From positions 28,334,001 to 28,398,000 of the forward strand of contig CM060734.1 in NCBI GenBank assembly GCA_030704615.1: DNA of 64,000 nt, written 5' to 3'. Under the pieces are notes generated by a model. The model saw nothing but the letters and a program-made list of their open reading frames with translations, did not search any database and was not told the origin of the DNA. Position 1 is the first letter of the stretch, and every line of letters starts with the position of its first letter. Positions 1-11,864 of this stretch are shown in pieces. Origin of the DNA: Takakia lepidozioides. Taxonomy: Eukaryota; Plantae; Bryophyta. Position numbers and translations under genes: made by a program.

Positions 1-2810
1 CTCTCCTCCTCTCTTGACGGTACGAGGGCCTCTACCCAAGCTTGTTGCACCTGTCTATCAACAGCCTGCTGCAAATCCTTGCTCGTACCCCACAATGGAG
101 TGTGAGCAACCATGGCAGACAACTCTGCCGTACCATGCATGTCATCTTGCTCTGCTGGAGGTGGCACATCCTCTACATGGGCATTGCCATCCAGCAACTC
201 TCCAGGCCAACTAACTGCAGCTGTGAAGGCTGCTAGTGTTGGCATCTTGCCCCGTTGGGCAGCAGCAACACCCCCAATGAACGTCACAAGGAGCTGTACA
301 TGACGACCATCCCCTGACTGCCATCCAGGCCTGTAGGATGCTGACTCCTCCCAAAAATCCAGGGTGAAGCCCATGGGATACAACACTGCCCCACCAACGA
401 GGACATCGTAAGAGACCGCATCTGTCACAATGGCCTTGGCTCGCATCACTGAGCCATCTATAGGATGATCCGGCTGTAGTCTAATGGCCAACTCATGCCG
501 TGTCATGCCCCGAACTTGCTCTGATCCTCCCAGAGATGTTTGTATCTGGAAAGGACAAGGCTCCATATCCGCCTCCATGAGGCCCAAACCTGCAATAGCA
601 GCTCTGCCCAACATCAGTGGCTGAGCTCCTGAGTCCAACAAGACCCGCAGTGGCCGGTACCTCTTGCCTGCCGGTCCACTCAAAGAGCAAATGTCATCCT
701 GGTTGTCTAACAAGATAACTTCAAGTGTCACCATGGCGCGCTCAAAGGCTGGCCTAGCTGGCAGCTCTGTCAACCTGGCAGCTGCAGCTTGCCATGGCGC
801 AGCGGTGGCAGTCTTGACCCTCAAATCCGAGGATCCATCTGCCACTACATCTTCCAGTAACTCCGCAGAAGATGAAGTGGCCTCCCTACTCTCACAGAGT
901 GTTGCTGCTAGTCTGAACACTGCAGCTGGTCTTACCCCTGGCGTCGCAATCATGGTTGCCGAGAATAGTGGGGCCTGACACACAGAGGTGGCTGCCCCCA
1001 ACAACACACTGGCTGCACTAGCATTGGCAGCAGGTGTCAGTGCTGCACGTGTAGCTCTTCCCAATGGCACAATAATCTCCGCCTCGGTATCCGTGGGGCG
1101 AGAATTAGGTGCCATGGATGTCGTCGACACTGTCTCTGCCAAGATGAATGATTGAGGCAACCTAGCCTGACGACTTGCCTCCCCACGTGTGAGTCCAACT
1201 CCACCTCTGCACCTCGTGGCTCTGGAACTCGTGCTGCTCCTCGAGTGACGGCTGCAGCAGACTCCACCTGCACTAGTGATAGTGCTGTCCCACACATAAA
1301 TCCCATGCCTCCCATGTCTCCTCCGTCAGGATGACACTGCTGAGGAGGAACAGGAGGTGGACCCTCAGGTCTTGGAGCTGGTACCACCTGAGCTGTGGCC
1401 ATGGCAGCAAGCCTTTGCTCTAGCTGCTGAAGCCGGTTGGCCATACCTTGGTCAATGCCCTGACCTCCACGTCCTTGGCCATACTGTGCTTGCCCTCGTC
1501 CTGCATCTCGTGGCTGAGCACCTCGTCCTCTTTGAGGTGCTCCACCTCGCCCTCGGCCACCATTGTTCCCTTGGAATTGGCCTCGTCGCAACTCAGGGTG
1601 CAAGTCATAACACTGCGCATCTCCATGCCCATACTTGCCACAATGCCCACACTGCAACTGTGCAGGTTATGCTTGTGCCGGCCCTTTGCCACTTTCTGGG
1701 CAATCTTTCTTGACATGGGGTCCTCCACATGTCCAACATACCACCCTTGGTTGCTGTTGGCCTGCAAAAGAAGCTACTGGCCTCTACACCTGAGGTCCCC
1801 TGTAAGCTCCATGAAATTTAGGTTGGGCAACCTTGCCCCCCTGACCACATTGTTGGGCAGTCCCTTGTACCTGTTGGCTGGCAGCTGCGCCTCATGAAGG
1901 TATGTCCTTGCCAAATCCAATGGTAACAACTCGCTCCTCCACCATGTTGAGCTCAATCCGCTCAGCCAGCAGAAACACATCTGCTAATGTGGGTTGGGCT
2001 GCTTGTACCTTGGGTCACACTTATCAAGCGCCTCATACGAGTGTAGGCCTCTCGCAAGCTCTCACTGGATTTGCGCTGGAAGTCTTGCAAACTTCGCAGC
2101 TTCTCTGTCCGTACGCCTTGGTAATTCGTCCACAACTCCTGGAAGAACTCCACCACCGGGTTGAATCTAGGCACATGTGTTGTAGTTGTGGTAGGAGGAG
2201 TAGTAGCACCTTTTGAACTGGTACCACCTGCAGAAGTACCGGCACTACTTGTTCCACTACTAGTGCTGGTAGTGGGAGATATTGGTGTTGATGCAGCTAC
2301 TGGTCGTGTCGTGCCTCGAGTAATGGAGACGTAGTCAGGTGACCAATACATCATCCACTCCTCAATCTCTGCTTCATGTCCTCGCCTGAACTCGTGGTAA
2401 TCGTCCATAGGCGGGCCTTCCAAATGCTGGAACAGTCCCTTCCACGCCATGAATGGGGTGAACAGCTGTGGATTGCGCATTTGCTGCAAATCACACCAGC
2501 TGTCAAACTCCTGGATAAAGTCATCCAGCTCGATTGTGCCCATAGCTCCAGAGTACCTATGAGGCCCCTTGGTAGCTCCATACATCTCCTCCATGTCGTC
2601 CCACAACAATGGCGAATGAAACTGCACACCTGTTGATGAAGCCTCCGAGTTTGTGTCTGACTCTACACTAGTTGAGGGTGGAGGTGAAGGTGGTCTGAAA
2701 CGAACACCTCGTCTGGTGAACCCACTCTCACTACTACTGCTTGTAGCCGTACTCCCCTCAAAACCCTTGGGTAACTCCGTGATGACACTCACAACCCGCA
2801 CCTTCCCCAC
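1..2810 (-). pseudogene. LTR retrotransposon gag-protease remnant (probably Ty3/Gypsy), runs off the window start
   Basis: ORF 1962-2810 is capsid-like (QRKSSESLREAYTRMRRL resembles the gag major homology region). CCHC knuckle CGHCGKYGHGDAQC in ORF 1037-1657. Aspartic protease motif RVLLDSGAQPLMLG on the minus strand (DSG at 627-635). Frameshifted. Confidence 0.8.
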
Positions 2811-3330
2811 GTGACACTATAAGGCTCTAGTACTAATTCTAATAGTGACACGGGTGAGCACTTGTTGCGGATTAAGGGTCATATCCCAATGGCTAAGGGC
2901 ACCGGCACCTGCATCCACCGCAAGAACTCATATGGTTGGCTGGTCATCAACCCAGCCTCACCATAGAAGAAACACTGGTGGTCTTGTTGGTCATCACTCC
3001 AGCCTCACCACCGACAGCATACTCTAGGATTGACCGGTGATCAAATCCGGCCTAATCCCTATGAAAGCAAGCGCCCACACAAAACCAACATGGCGCACAG
3101 TCAAGCATGCAGGTGTGGGGGGGATCCAAACACAAGAAACCAAAACATCAACACCCCCACACCAAAATCCCTCCATAGTGCTGCTCCTGCAGAATACGCC
3201 AGCCCAAAAACCCCGGACTGACTGGCCTCCACCAAGAGAGGCTTTGGCAACTACAAGTACAAAGTAATGAAAATAGTAAAGAGAGGGAGGGGAAGAATAG
3301 AGGTCCGACCAAGCAAGATCTAATTCTGAT

Positions 3331-4080
3331 CTATGCTATCAACTGCCAGACTTCTCTCAAAGTGCCTCGCTCTGCATGATGGTAAGGTGTGAGAGGTATA
3401 TCTATATCCAGAAACCTGCCACTAACCTTATCCCAAGCTACAGTAGCTCGCTCTAACCAACCCTCCTCCTCTCTCTGCCAGGTAGAGACAAAACAATATT
3501 CCCCTATCTCCCGCTCACTGAACACTAAAGAAAATAAAGGTGGGGTCTGACAGTCTCTCAACTCGAAAGCTTTGAGACGGTTGCGAGTGTCCTCATTGCG
3601 AATGACTGCATCTCTTTCAAGCAGAACAAACTTTTCATTGCTAATGAACCCCCGCTCGTGGTTGCCTCGTGTAGAGCGTGTCCGGCTGCAACCATGTCTG
3701 ATTGCAAAAACTTGTGTAGCTCCTGCTCCTCTGCTCCAGTACACCACAGCCTTGTGGCTGAACACCTTGGTCCCCGGGGTTGTCTTTGGCTGTGTTCCAA
3801 GCCTAGCTTCCACCCACTTTGGTATTTCACCTACAGCTGCAGAACTGCTCGCTCCAACAGAGTTCTGACTGTCCAAAGCAATATTGAGGCCCGCAACGCC
3901 AACTACAGCAGTTTGTTGTCTATTGCTAATGCCTGACTCCCAGTATGCAATCAACTCGTCCAACTGCTCCCCACTCAAATCAGTCTGAGTTCCTTGAGAA
4001 ACATAAATCTTGTCCCCTTGTGTGCACAGGCTAAGAGAAGAGACCTGCCCTTCAATTACGTCATCATTTCCCCCAGCCAT
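3331..4080 (-). CDS. 249-aa ORF of unknown function upstream of gag, possibly an extra 5' ORF of the retroelement
   Basis: ATG-initiated open frame on the same strand as gag, ending ~520 bp before it. No recognisable domain. Confidence 0.4.
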   Translation of the reverse strand: MAGGNDDVIEGQVSSLSLCTQGDKIYVSQGTQTDLSGEQLDELIAYWESGISNRQQTAVVGVAGLNIALDSQNSVGASSSAAVGEIPKWVEARLGTQPKTTPGTKVFSHKAVVYWSRGAGATQVFAIRHGCSRTRSTRGNHERGFISNEKFVLLERDAVIRNEDTRNRLKAFELRDCQTPPLFSLVFSEREIGEYCFVSTWQREEEGWLERATVAWDKVSGRFLDIDIPLTPYHHAERGTLREVWQLIA

Positions 4081-6639
4081 ACAAGGAGAACATCCCTAGA
4101 TTTGTCTCTCATGTAGACCACAACAGGTTCTAGAAATAAAATTGTGGATCTTTCATAGCACACTCACACTCAAAAGATTCCATAGATTTTTAGCAGAGTC
4201 CAAAAAACTAGATAGGTAGATTTCCTCTTTCTCCGGCTATCCCCCCAAAAACTGAGTCAAACGGAGTCCATTTGACAAAGATATGACCAATTAGGCTCTA
4301 AATCATTTAAATTAGATCAAAAGGGCTTTTTCTTTTTCTTTTTTTTCTTTTTTTTTCTTTTTTTGGTTTTCAAATTTAAAATTCAAAGTTACACCCAAAA
4401 TATCTGGTAACTGGTTCCCGGTTCCCTAAGTTCTATATGGTTTCCTAGGTTCCCTGGCCACGTGCCTGCCGTTCCCCTCCATTTCATTTGAGTTCAACAG
4501 CTCACCATGCTTTGGAATCCCAACCGTCTTCTACCACAAACCGTGGTGACGATGGAGGTTGTGAAGCTCATTTCCCCTTAGCAACATCTCACCTTGGCAC
4601 CCTCACAATTTTCATTGAAGTAAAGCTGGCAAGCAAGTTCCTGCAAAGCCTTTCAATGATCATTCACAGCCGGCTACCCATCTGCTTGCACGTTCAAGCT
4701 GCGTCCCTGGAGTTCTCACATGGCACTGTCTCAACTCAGCAACGCATGTATGAACATGGTAGAGAATATAAGCCAGAACACACAGCTCCATGCCATGTGG
4801 CCCCCCATCTGCTCAACTAGTCGAATACGGCTCATCACGGCACTATTACAGACCGGCACCTTTGCCCACTCACGGATCTTGCATTTCTTGACGTTCCCCA
4901 GCTCGAGGCTTTGCACAAATTGCCCACTGTTTGTAGGCACACCAACGCTGAAGAAGCTTCCATTTGGACTCTACCAAGGCCCTACTGCTTGTCGAAGTTG
5001 CCTTATGTAGTAGCTGATTGTCTGCGAAACACAGGATGTCCACAAGTGCGCCAACGGCATCATACTCTCCGAGTGTATGTCAAGCTAACTACAAGTCTGA
5101 TCACGGGCCTGTCCCCCAAGCGTCACGCCCTGATGCTTTGCTCTCTGCATAGTACTTTATTATTGTGCAAATGCTCGAACTGCTCAGCATTTTTAACACG
5201 GCTCCAGCCTCCGAGCTACCTCTTGCCGTTCTCCAGCTCTCAGCTTACTTATATGTGCATTTGGACGTTGTTCCCAGCTATGCCCGCCCTATGTTTTGCA
5301 AGCAGTTATCAGAGAAAGACTTCACACGGTTTTCGCTGTAGCCCCTCCTCTCTTCTCATAATGGGGACTGCCTTCAGCATGTGTACTCCACGATCACTAT
5401 GCTCCACAATCCACCTCGAGGTCCAAAGCCTCGGGCAAAACAAAACAAGTCTTACCCAAGAAAAGAAGTTTACCGTCAACAACTACAAGCTGATTTGTCT
5501 GCACAACTGCAGCTCCTTCTTTGTATATACAGAGCCTACGAGGCTGTCCAAGCCTCCATCTCGCCTCTTATTTGGCATCTTGTGTGCCTCCCGTGCACAA
5601 CATTGTACCGGACTACAAACGAAACAAGCAACAATGACTTTTATCTTAACCACTCATTACGAGTTGTGCTTTCCCTACTTCAAATATCATCGACATAGTG
5701 CTAACATAAAAGAAATCTATCTAGCTTAGCACTACCAAAACTAGACATGTCATCTCTCTCGAGTGATAAGAGAACTAAAATCACATTGTTGACACAAGAA
5801 CATGAAATACAACACCATCACTCGTTAAACTAAGAGTCGAGCCAGGGGCACCCCAAGCTATGGGGACTCCACCCCACAACATCATATTCTCCCTTCATAA
5901 GCACACTTAGATTCTAAGCAGTGAAGGAGCTCGGTTGTGCAGGCTCAACTCGAGAGAGATGAGCCGCACAACTGACGCTCTCGTGAAGATAGGATGGTTC
6001 AGGTGTCAAGCTAAACTTGACACCTGACTTAACACTTGAACTAAATCCAAGTGTTAAATACAAATAACTAGCTTTATTCTAGTTAGTTTCACATTGTGTT
6101 TATTTAACTTGACACCCTCCTAGATACTAACCACCTTGCTGGTCCTCTCTTTCCAGAACCTTTTCACTTTAAAAACTCAAAAGCACAACAATAAAGAAAT
6201 ATATATATGATCCTATGGATCTATGGCCTAAGAGGCATTCTCACTCTTAGCTTTTAAGGAAGTTTCCTTCTCCTTAACACATGTACACGTCATATGACTT
6301 CAACCCACAATGGAGTCATTGCTCCTTTAACAAATGAACATTTCTCTCTCAACTAAGCTCTCCTCTTTCCTTAGAGGGTTATTTTTTCACATATAAGAGA
6401 GAGCCTCTCATGGGCCTGTCTTGCAAACTCAAATGGAATTGACAAACATCAAAGCAAAGTAAGGTAAGTGGTTTATCAACCTTAAGAGCAATGTGAGCTT
6501 GGGATGCTCTAGTGGCTCGATGGTGTGGCTCTTGTGAGGCCCTTTCTCTAGGTGCATGTCAACATTGTCCACCCATAGCTCTCTATTCGTCCCAAGTCTC
6601 TCCATTCTACTCTCTAGTGATCACAAACTTCCTTCTTTA

Positions 6640-8830
6640 TCAAAGCAAATGGCCTCAAGGCCCACAATGAGCTAGCTTCCTCGCCTTAGCTCTCAAATAA
6701 ACACTCCTTCCTAACTAGGGAGCTTCAAGCTCCACTCCCTAGGACCTAGGCTCCCTCTAGCAAACTAAACTACAACAAAGCAAGAGCAAAGCAAAGAAAT
6801 GAACTAGGTGAAGAAACAAGGAAGCCTTGCCCTTCTTTTATCAGTTTTTGGGGCTCTTAAAATATTGTAGGATAGTCTTAAACTAATATAAACTAGAGGG
6901 AGATATAATTAAAAAAAAACTACTAAAGTTCAGTAAACAAATAGTTGGATGGAACTCATCCGGGAAACCGGTCAAAGGGATTTTCCTCATCCTGTTTGAC
7001 CGCTAGGTGGCGGTTATCATCCGCTCAACCGTTTAAGGCGAATTTGAGTCTTTTCCTCCAATTAAATCCATAGAAAATCATTTAATGCGGTTATCGCAAG
7101 TGTCGTAGCCTTGTAATTTGGTGCCGTTGATAACCTTAACCATAAATCACAAAACTTGGTGATAAATTATGATTAGGTGCTCCATAATTGCTTGTAAATC
7201 GTCAGGTCGAGCGGAGTTAAAAAACCAATTCCAAATGCTGTTCTCCGTGGATCCCGCCGCGTAGGTAGTTTGCTGCTTCCCTGGAAATTCTCCTAATGGT
7301 GATGCCCCTGGAGTCTTGGATCCTGCCCCTTGATCTTGAACCCCCAGAAGTCACCTCCAACTATCCATTCGCACCGTTGACTGGCCACGCTCTGTTCCGA
7401 AGTCGTCCGTTCCGCAGTTGTTCCGATCCACCGTCCTGTTGTTGTTGCGATATTTCATCACTATACAATGTCATATTTCTAATTTGCCAAGTGCTGTCAC
7501 CGTGTGGACCTACTGGATAAGTGAAGGGGGAGAATAGAAAGATCGCAACCCGTCCTTACAGTCGCCCTTGTACAGTTCAAACAATTCCAAGTTGCTGCTA
7601 GTTGTACCGTGTTGGTAGCCTACTATGCTGTCCTTGCAGCTTTCCTACTGTCGTTTTGACGCCAGAATGCCACTCGATGCTCGTCTCAGACTTAATCTAA
7701 TTCCTAAGTGCTTCACCAACGGTTCCCAAATAACTAACAACTTGTGATAATTTGGCAGCACAATGTCGAAATTGCATGATCCCCTGTATCTGTGCGACAT
7801 GATCAACATTTGCTTCTAAGCTTAAAACCTGAAAAAATTGGCGATAGCTTCGCCGTAATATAGAAATCCTTCTTTATAAACTATAAATGGCTCCAAGGCC
7901 CACGAGGTGTGGGGCTAGAAGCCAACTCTAGCTCCCATAACATAATGCTCTCTACCATTAGCAAGCTCGAGCTCTACTTGCTAGGACCTAAGCTCCTCAA
8001 GGACCTATGATGCTAGATTCCAACTCTAGCTCCCACCAAAAAGAAACAAATGCTCAATGGCATGCAAGGTATGGGGCTAGAAGCCAACTCTAGCTCCCAC
8101 AAAATAATGCTCTCTACTACTAGCAAGTTCGAGCTCTACTTGCTATGACCTAAGCTCCTCAAGCAACTATGGTGCTAGATTCCACCTCTAGCTCCCATGA
8201 AAACATACAAAGCAAGAACAAAGCAAAAGGAAAGCAAGAAGTGAGGAACAAGGGAGCATTGCCTCTCTTATATACTACTTTTGGGGCTAATAAAAAACTA
8301 TGAAATAATGATTAAACTACTCTAGTCAATTGGGAAACTTATTGACCAAATAAGGACAACTAATAAAATATGAGCCATGGATGGATGGATTTCATCCAAT
8401 AGGATGGATGTCATCCAACAGATTTTATCAAATTGGATAATTGTTATCCAACAGAATTTTATCCAATAAATTTCATCCACATGATGGATGATTGTTGGCA
8501 TTGCCGCTTGTGCTGGATGGATGAAGTTCTCCGCTCATCCTCCAATCTCCCTTGGCTGTTCCCGCCAATCAAATAATGAATGAACGTTTTAAAATAGGTC
8601 ACCGCGAGTGCTCCTTGTCTCATAATTCGGTGCCGCTACAAACATTAACCGAAAATTCCTAAATTTTGTGGATAATTTAGGTAAGGACCTCTTGGCATCC
8701 TGGTAAATCCTTGGGCTAATCAGAGCATTCTAACTCTATTTTATCGACGTACTCTTTGCGTCCCATCGTTTTGAAAGACTACAGCTTCCGTGGAGTATCA
8801 AACTTGGTGGGTATTTCTCCGGGTCTTCGA
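6640..8830. repeat. Two diverged copies of an AT-rich LTR/UTR-like segment (~6640-7330 and ~7880-8830), with a ~160-bp tandem duplication at ~7905-8197
   Basis: Shared blocks aaatggc(c)t(c)caaggcccac, ttttggggct and taatt(t/c)ggtgccg. The block ggggctagaagccaactctagctccca occurs twice, ~160 bp apart. Confidence 0.5.
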
Positions 8831-9399
8831 CCCTGCCACTGACTCCCCGACTGTGGGGGATATCTCCTTCTGTTTCCACTTTTCTAACTAATGTCATGGT
8901 TTTGGCACCCAAATGTCCAAACTGTCTACCTAAAGATAAAAAATGATCGAAAAATAAATATATACCTAAATATGCATCTACAGAGAGGAACATAGGGAGA
9001 GGGATAGAGGGAGAGGGACAGAGGGACAAGAGGGAGAGGGACAGAGGAGAGAGAGAGAGATGACCAAAAAAAAAAAAAAAATGTGGAGGGGGGGAGTGAC
9101 TGGGCAACAACTGCTCTCTCCATCTCTCTCCATATCCTCATGCAAGAAAAAAAACCCGAAGGTTGGGGGGGGGGGGGAACCGAGCAGTAGTAGAGTCTGC
9201 TGATGCTAAGTCCCCCCCTCCCCCAACCTTCTGTTATTTTTTTTTTTTGTGAGCAGCACAAAAGAGAGGGAGAGAGAGGGGGGGGGGGGGGGGGGGGGCA
9301 AAGAAAGAAAAAGAAAAAAAAGTGGGGGATACCCCCTAGTGTCCCATCCCCTGTCCCTATCCCCTCTCACTGCCCTTTAACTCAAACAAAAAGGCAGCG

Positions 9400-9775
9400 T
9401 TTCCTAGCGATCCCCATCCGTCGCAAGAAAAAAACTCGTCGCAACCCCCTCTGCGACGTCCCGCCGTCGCATATCCCCCGCGCCCTTGGGCCCCCCCTCT
9501 TCCCCTTCATGCCTCCTTGCGACGGCGGGGCATCGCAAAGGGGGATTGCGACGTTTTTTTTTTCTTGCGACGGATGGGGGTCGCTAGGGGGCAACGTCCG
9601 CGCGTCGCAGCCTGGCCCTGGCGCTAGATCCAGTTCGTTGGCGATGCGCGGGCGTCGCAAGGTGGCACGCCGGGACGTCGCAAAAAAAGGCCGCGGGGTT
9701 GGCGTCGCACGCTCAGCGTCGTGCCGCGCGTGGGGGTGTGGCTGGCGTCCCTAACCCCCCCCATTTGCTGTAGTG
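9400..9775. mobile_element. CACTA (EnSpm) element terminus with subterminal repeats
   Basis: Ends in ...catttgctgtagtg (reverse complement CACTACAGCAAATG) and is preceded by many gcgacg/cgtcgc motifs in both orientations. Abuts an integrase fragment. The other end was not found. Confidence 0.7.
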
Positions 9776-10147
9776 ACTTCTTGGGATCATCCCGAGGCAT
9801 ATGGCTTAGCGGAGAGAGTTGTTCAGACAGTCAAGAGGGGTTTACGCAAGTACAGTTTGCAGAAGGGACACCTGGGAGATTGGGACCTTCAGTTGCCTTG
9901 TTTGGCAATGGGCTATAGATTCAGCAAACAAGCGTCATTTGCCTCCTTGTCACCTTACTTTCTTCTCTTTGGCGAGAGCCAGATTTGTCTGCATCTATTC
10001 GCAGGGAGGCTACAGTAGTCCTCAACCTTGATGATCCGAATGTGTGGACACAAACATGTGACCAACGGACAGAGTTGTTCAAAAGAGTCATGCCTATGGC
10101 TTTTGAGAACCTTGCTATTGCCCAACATCGAGACACGTTGAGGTATG
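9776..10147 (+). pseudogene. Ty3/Gypsy integrase fragment (catalytic E region)
   Basis: TSWDHPEAYGLAERVVQTVKRGL...WDLQLP...LSPYFLLFG matches the integrase HPQxxGxxER...SPYxLLFG pattern. Confidence 0.85.
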
Positions 10148-10787
10148 TGTCATGGTTTTGTTTGAGATTAGTTAGAAATAATTATTTCTAGCTAATTAGG
10201 ACTTTATACAATTATATTTATATTTTGTGGGCATTGGGACTTCATTTGGTTCCATGTACCAAGTGAGGTGACGAACCTCACTTGGGACGTGGAGAGGTTA
10301 TCTCCACGTGAGACGTAGGCAGGCTCGTCTTCTTCTAGCTGAGCCTTCCGAGGCCTCTCTCGCCGCCATAGCTCTAGTACTTGAGATGGAGAGTGGGTGG
10401 GGTCTGTATGGTGGAGTCCTTTAGCAAAGGTACCATTGGCTTGACTTATATAACGTGATAGAGTGGGTTCAGCTCTTTTCACCATTTTCATATCACTAGA
10501 AGAACACCTGCTTACATCTATGAGTGCAAGGTGTTAGTATAGTTAGCACTTGTGTGTTGAAGAGAGCTTGCTAGAGAGCTTATGGTTACAAGGTGTTGCA
10601 GGATTTGCAAATAAAGTCCTTGTGGTGTTTATGCACAGGTGGAGAAGAGCTCCAATGCAAAATTAGAGAGCTGGTGAAGCTAGTTCTTGTTCTGCAAGTT
10701 GTTGCAGGGTTTCAGGAGTTCAAGAAGAGCTCGGGTGTTGACCAGGCAAGTGGCACATGTGTGGAGCATGTTTTTAGCTTGTGGGGG

Positions 10788-11732
10788 TGTTGATCGGCTT
10801 TTACTCACCCATCCCTTCGCTATCCGAGGTGGAAACTCCAAGATAGAAGAGTTGGATATCTCTAAGCACTTAGCCTGCTCAGAACAATCAGTCATGACCT
10901 ACAACTAGTGTATCATGGGGGTACTTCCTATTTGTATTCCTTCTCACATTCATATTAGCAAGTTACCTTACTGTCTATGTTTAAGTATCAGATTGCTTCA
11001 GCAATCTGCCAGGTTCCAATCACTCATCCATTCATTCCACAGCTTCACTCAGGTCTCTCTACACAGTGTAAGTATGGAATATGTATCAGATTAATATCTA
11101 TCAAGTATCAGACCGAAGCCATGGTGTCTCTAATCTGCTCTACAGTATAACTCTATAGCTTGCATTCATCAAGCATCAACAGATCGTGTCTCCTCCTCCA
11201 TTGCTCTCTCCATCCCTCGGCTCCAAATCGTCTTTCTCTTCCTGATGACCAAGTCGTTCTCCCCCCCAAGAAGTGTCCCCCTGTTGCTGCTACTCTGCCT
11301 AATCTATCTGCAAGCTGTTCTAACCGCCTAACTAACTAACTGTCATTGAAGACAGAATGCACGTTCCATCTGCAGATGTTGTTCCCACACAGTCGTTCCC
11401 TGCCAATAATAACCGTTCCCTGTGAATGTTGTGACGGTTGTGCCGCACTGTACCGGGCTGTGACTGTGCCGAGCTGTGACTGGCTATGTCGGACTGTGTC
11501 AAGCTGTGTCGGGCTGTGTCGGGCTGTGATAGGCTGTGATAGGCTGTGTAAGGCTGTGACAAGTTGTGTCAAGCTGTGTCTAACTGTGTAAGATTGTGAC
11601 TGACTGTGTAAGCCTGTCTACCACCCCTAAGGCCTGTATTAGTCTAAGTCTACCATCCGTAAGTCTGCACAAAAATTAAGGGTACCCCACAGAACCCGTA
11701 AAACTGTGTAAGTTCCAGACGGCCCTCTAACA
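10788..11732 (-). repeat. 3' LTR (945 bp)
   Basis: Direct repeat of 21058-21918. PPT (tgagagggggagggataa on the minus strand) lies at ~11733-11750. Confidence 0.95.
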
Positions 11733-11864
11733 TTATCCCTCCCCCTCTCAAAAAGCTGTGTCATCACGGTTTACTGGTTAGGATCAGCAAACCTTTGTGA
11801 ACAAGCACCTTTCTGTCGGTGAGAGTTCCGTGGAAGGCTCTGTGTGCGAGCCCGAGCCCTGTCG

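Noticed and set aside
4488-5729. 272-aa ORF and neighbours
   Set aside because: No recognisable motifs; probably antisense to a decayed TE coding fragment that I could not assign.
8990-9330. ORFs over GA-, G- and A-rich low-complexity sequence
   Set aside because: Simple-sequence interior of the CACTA remnant with no coding signal.
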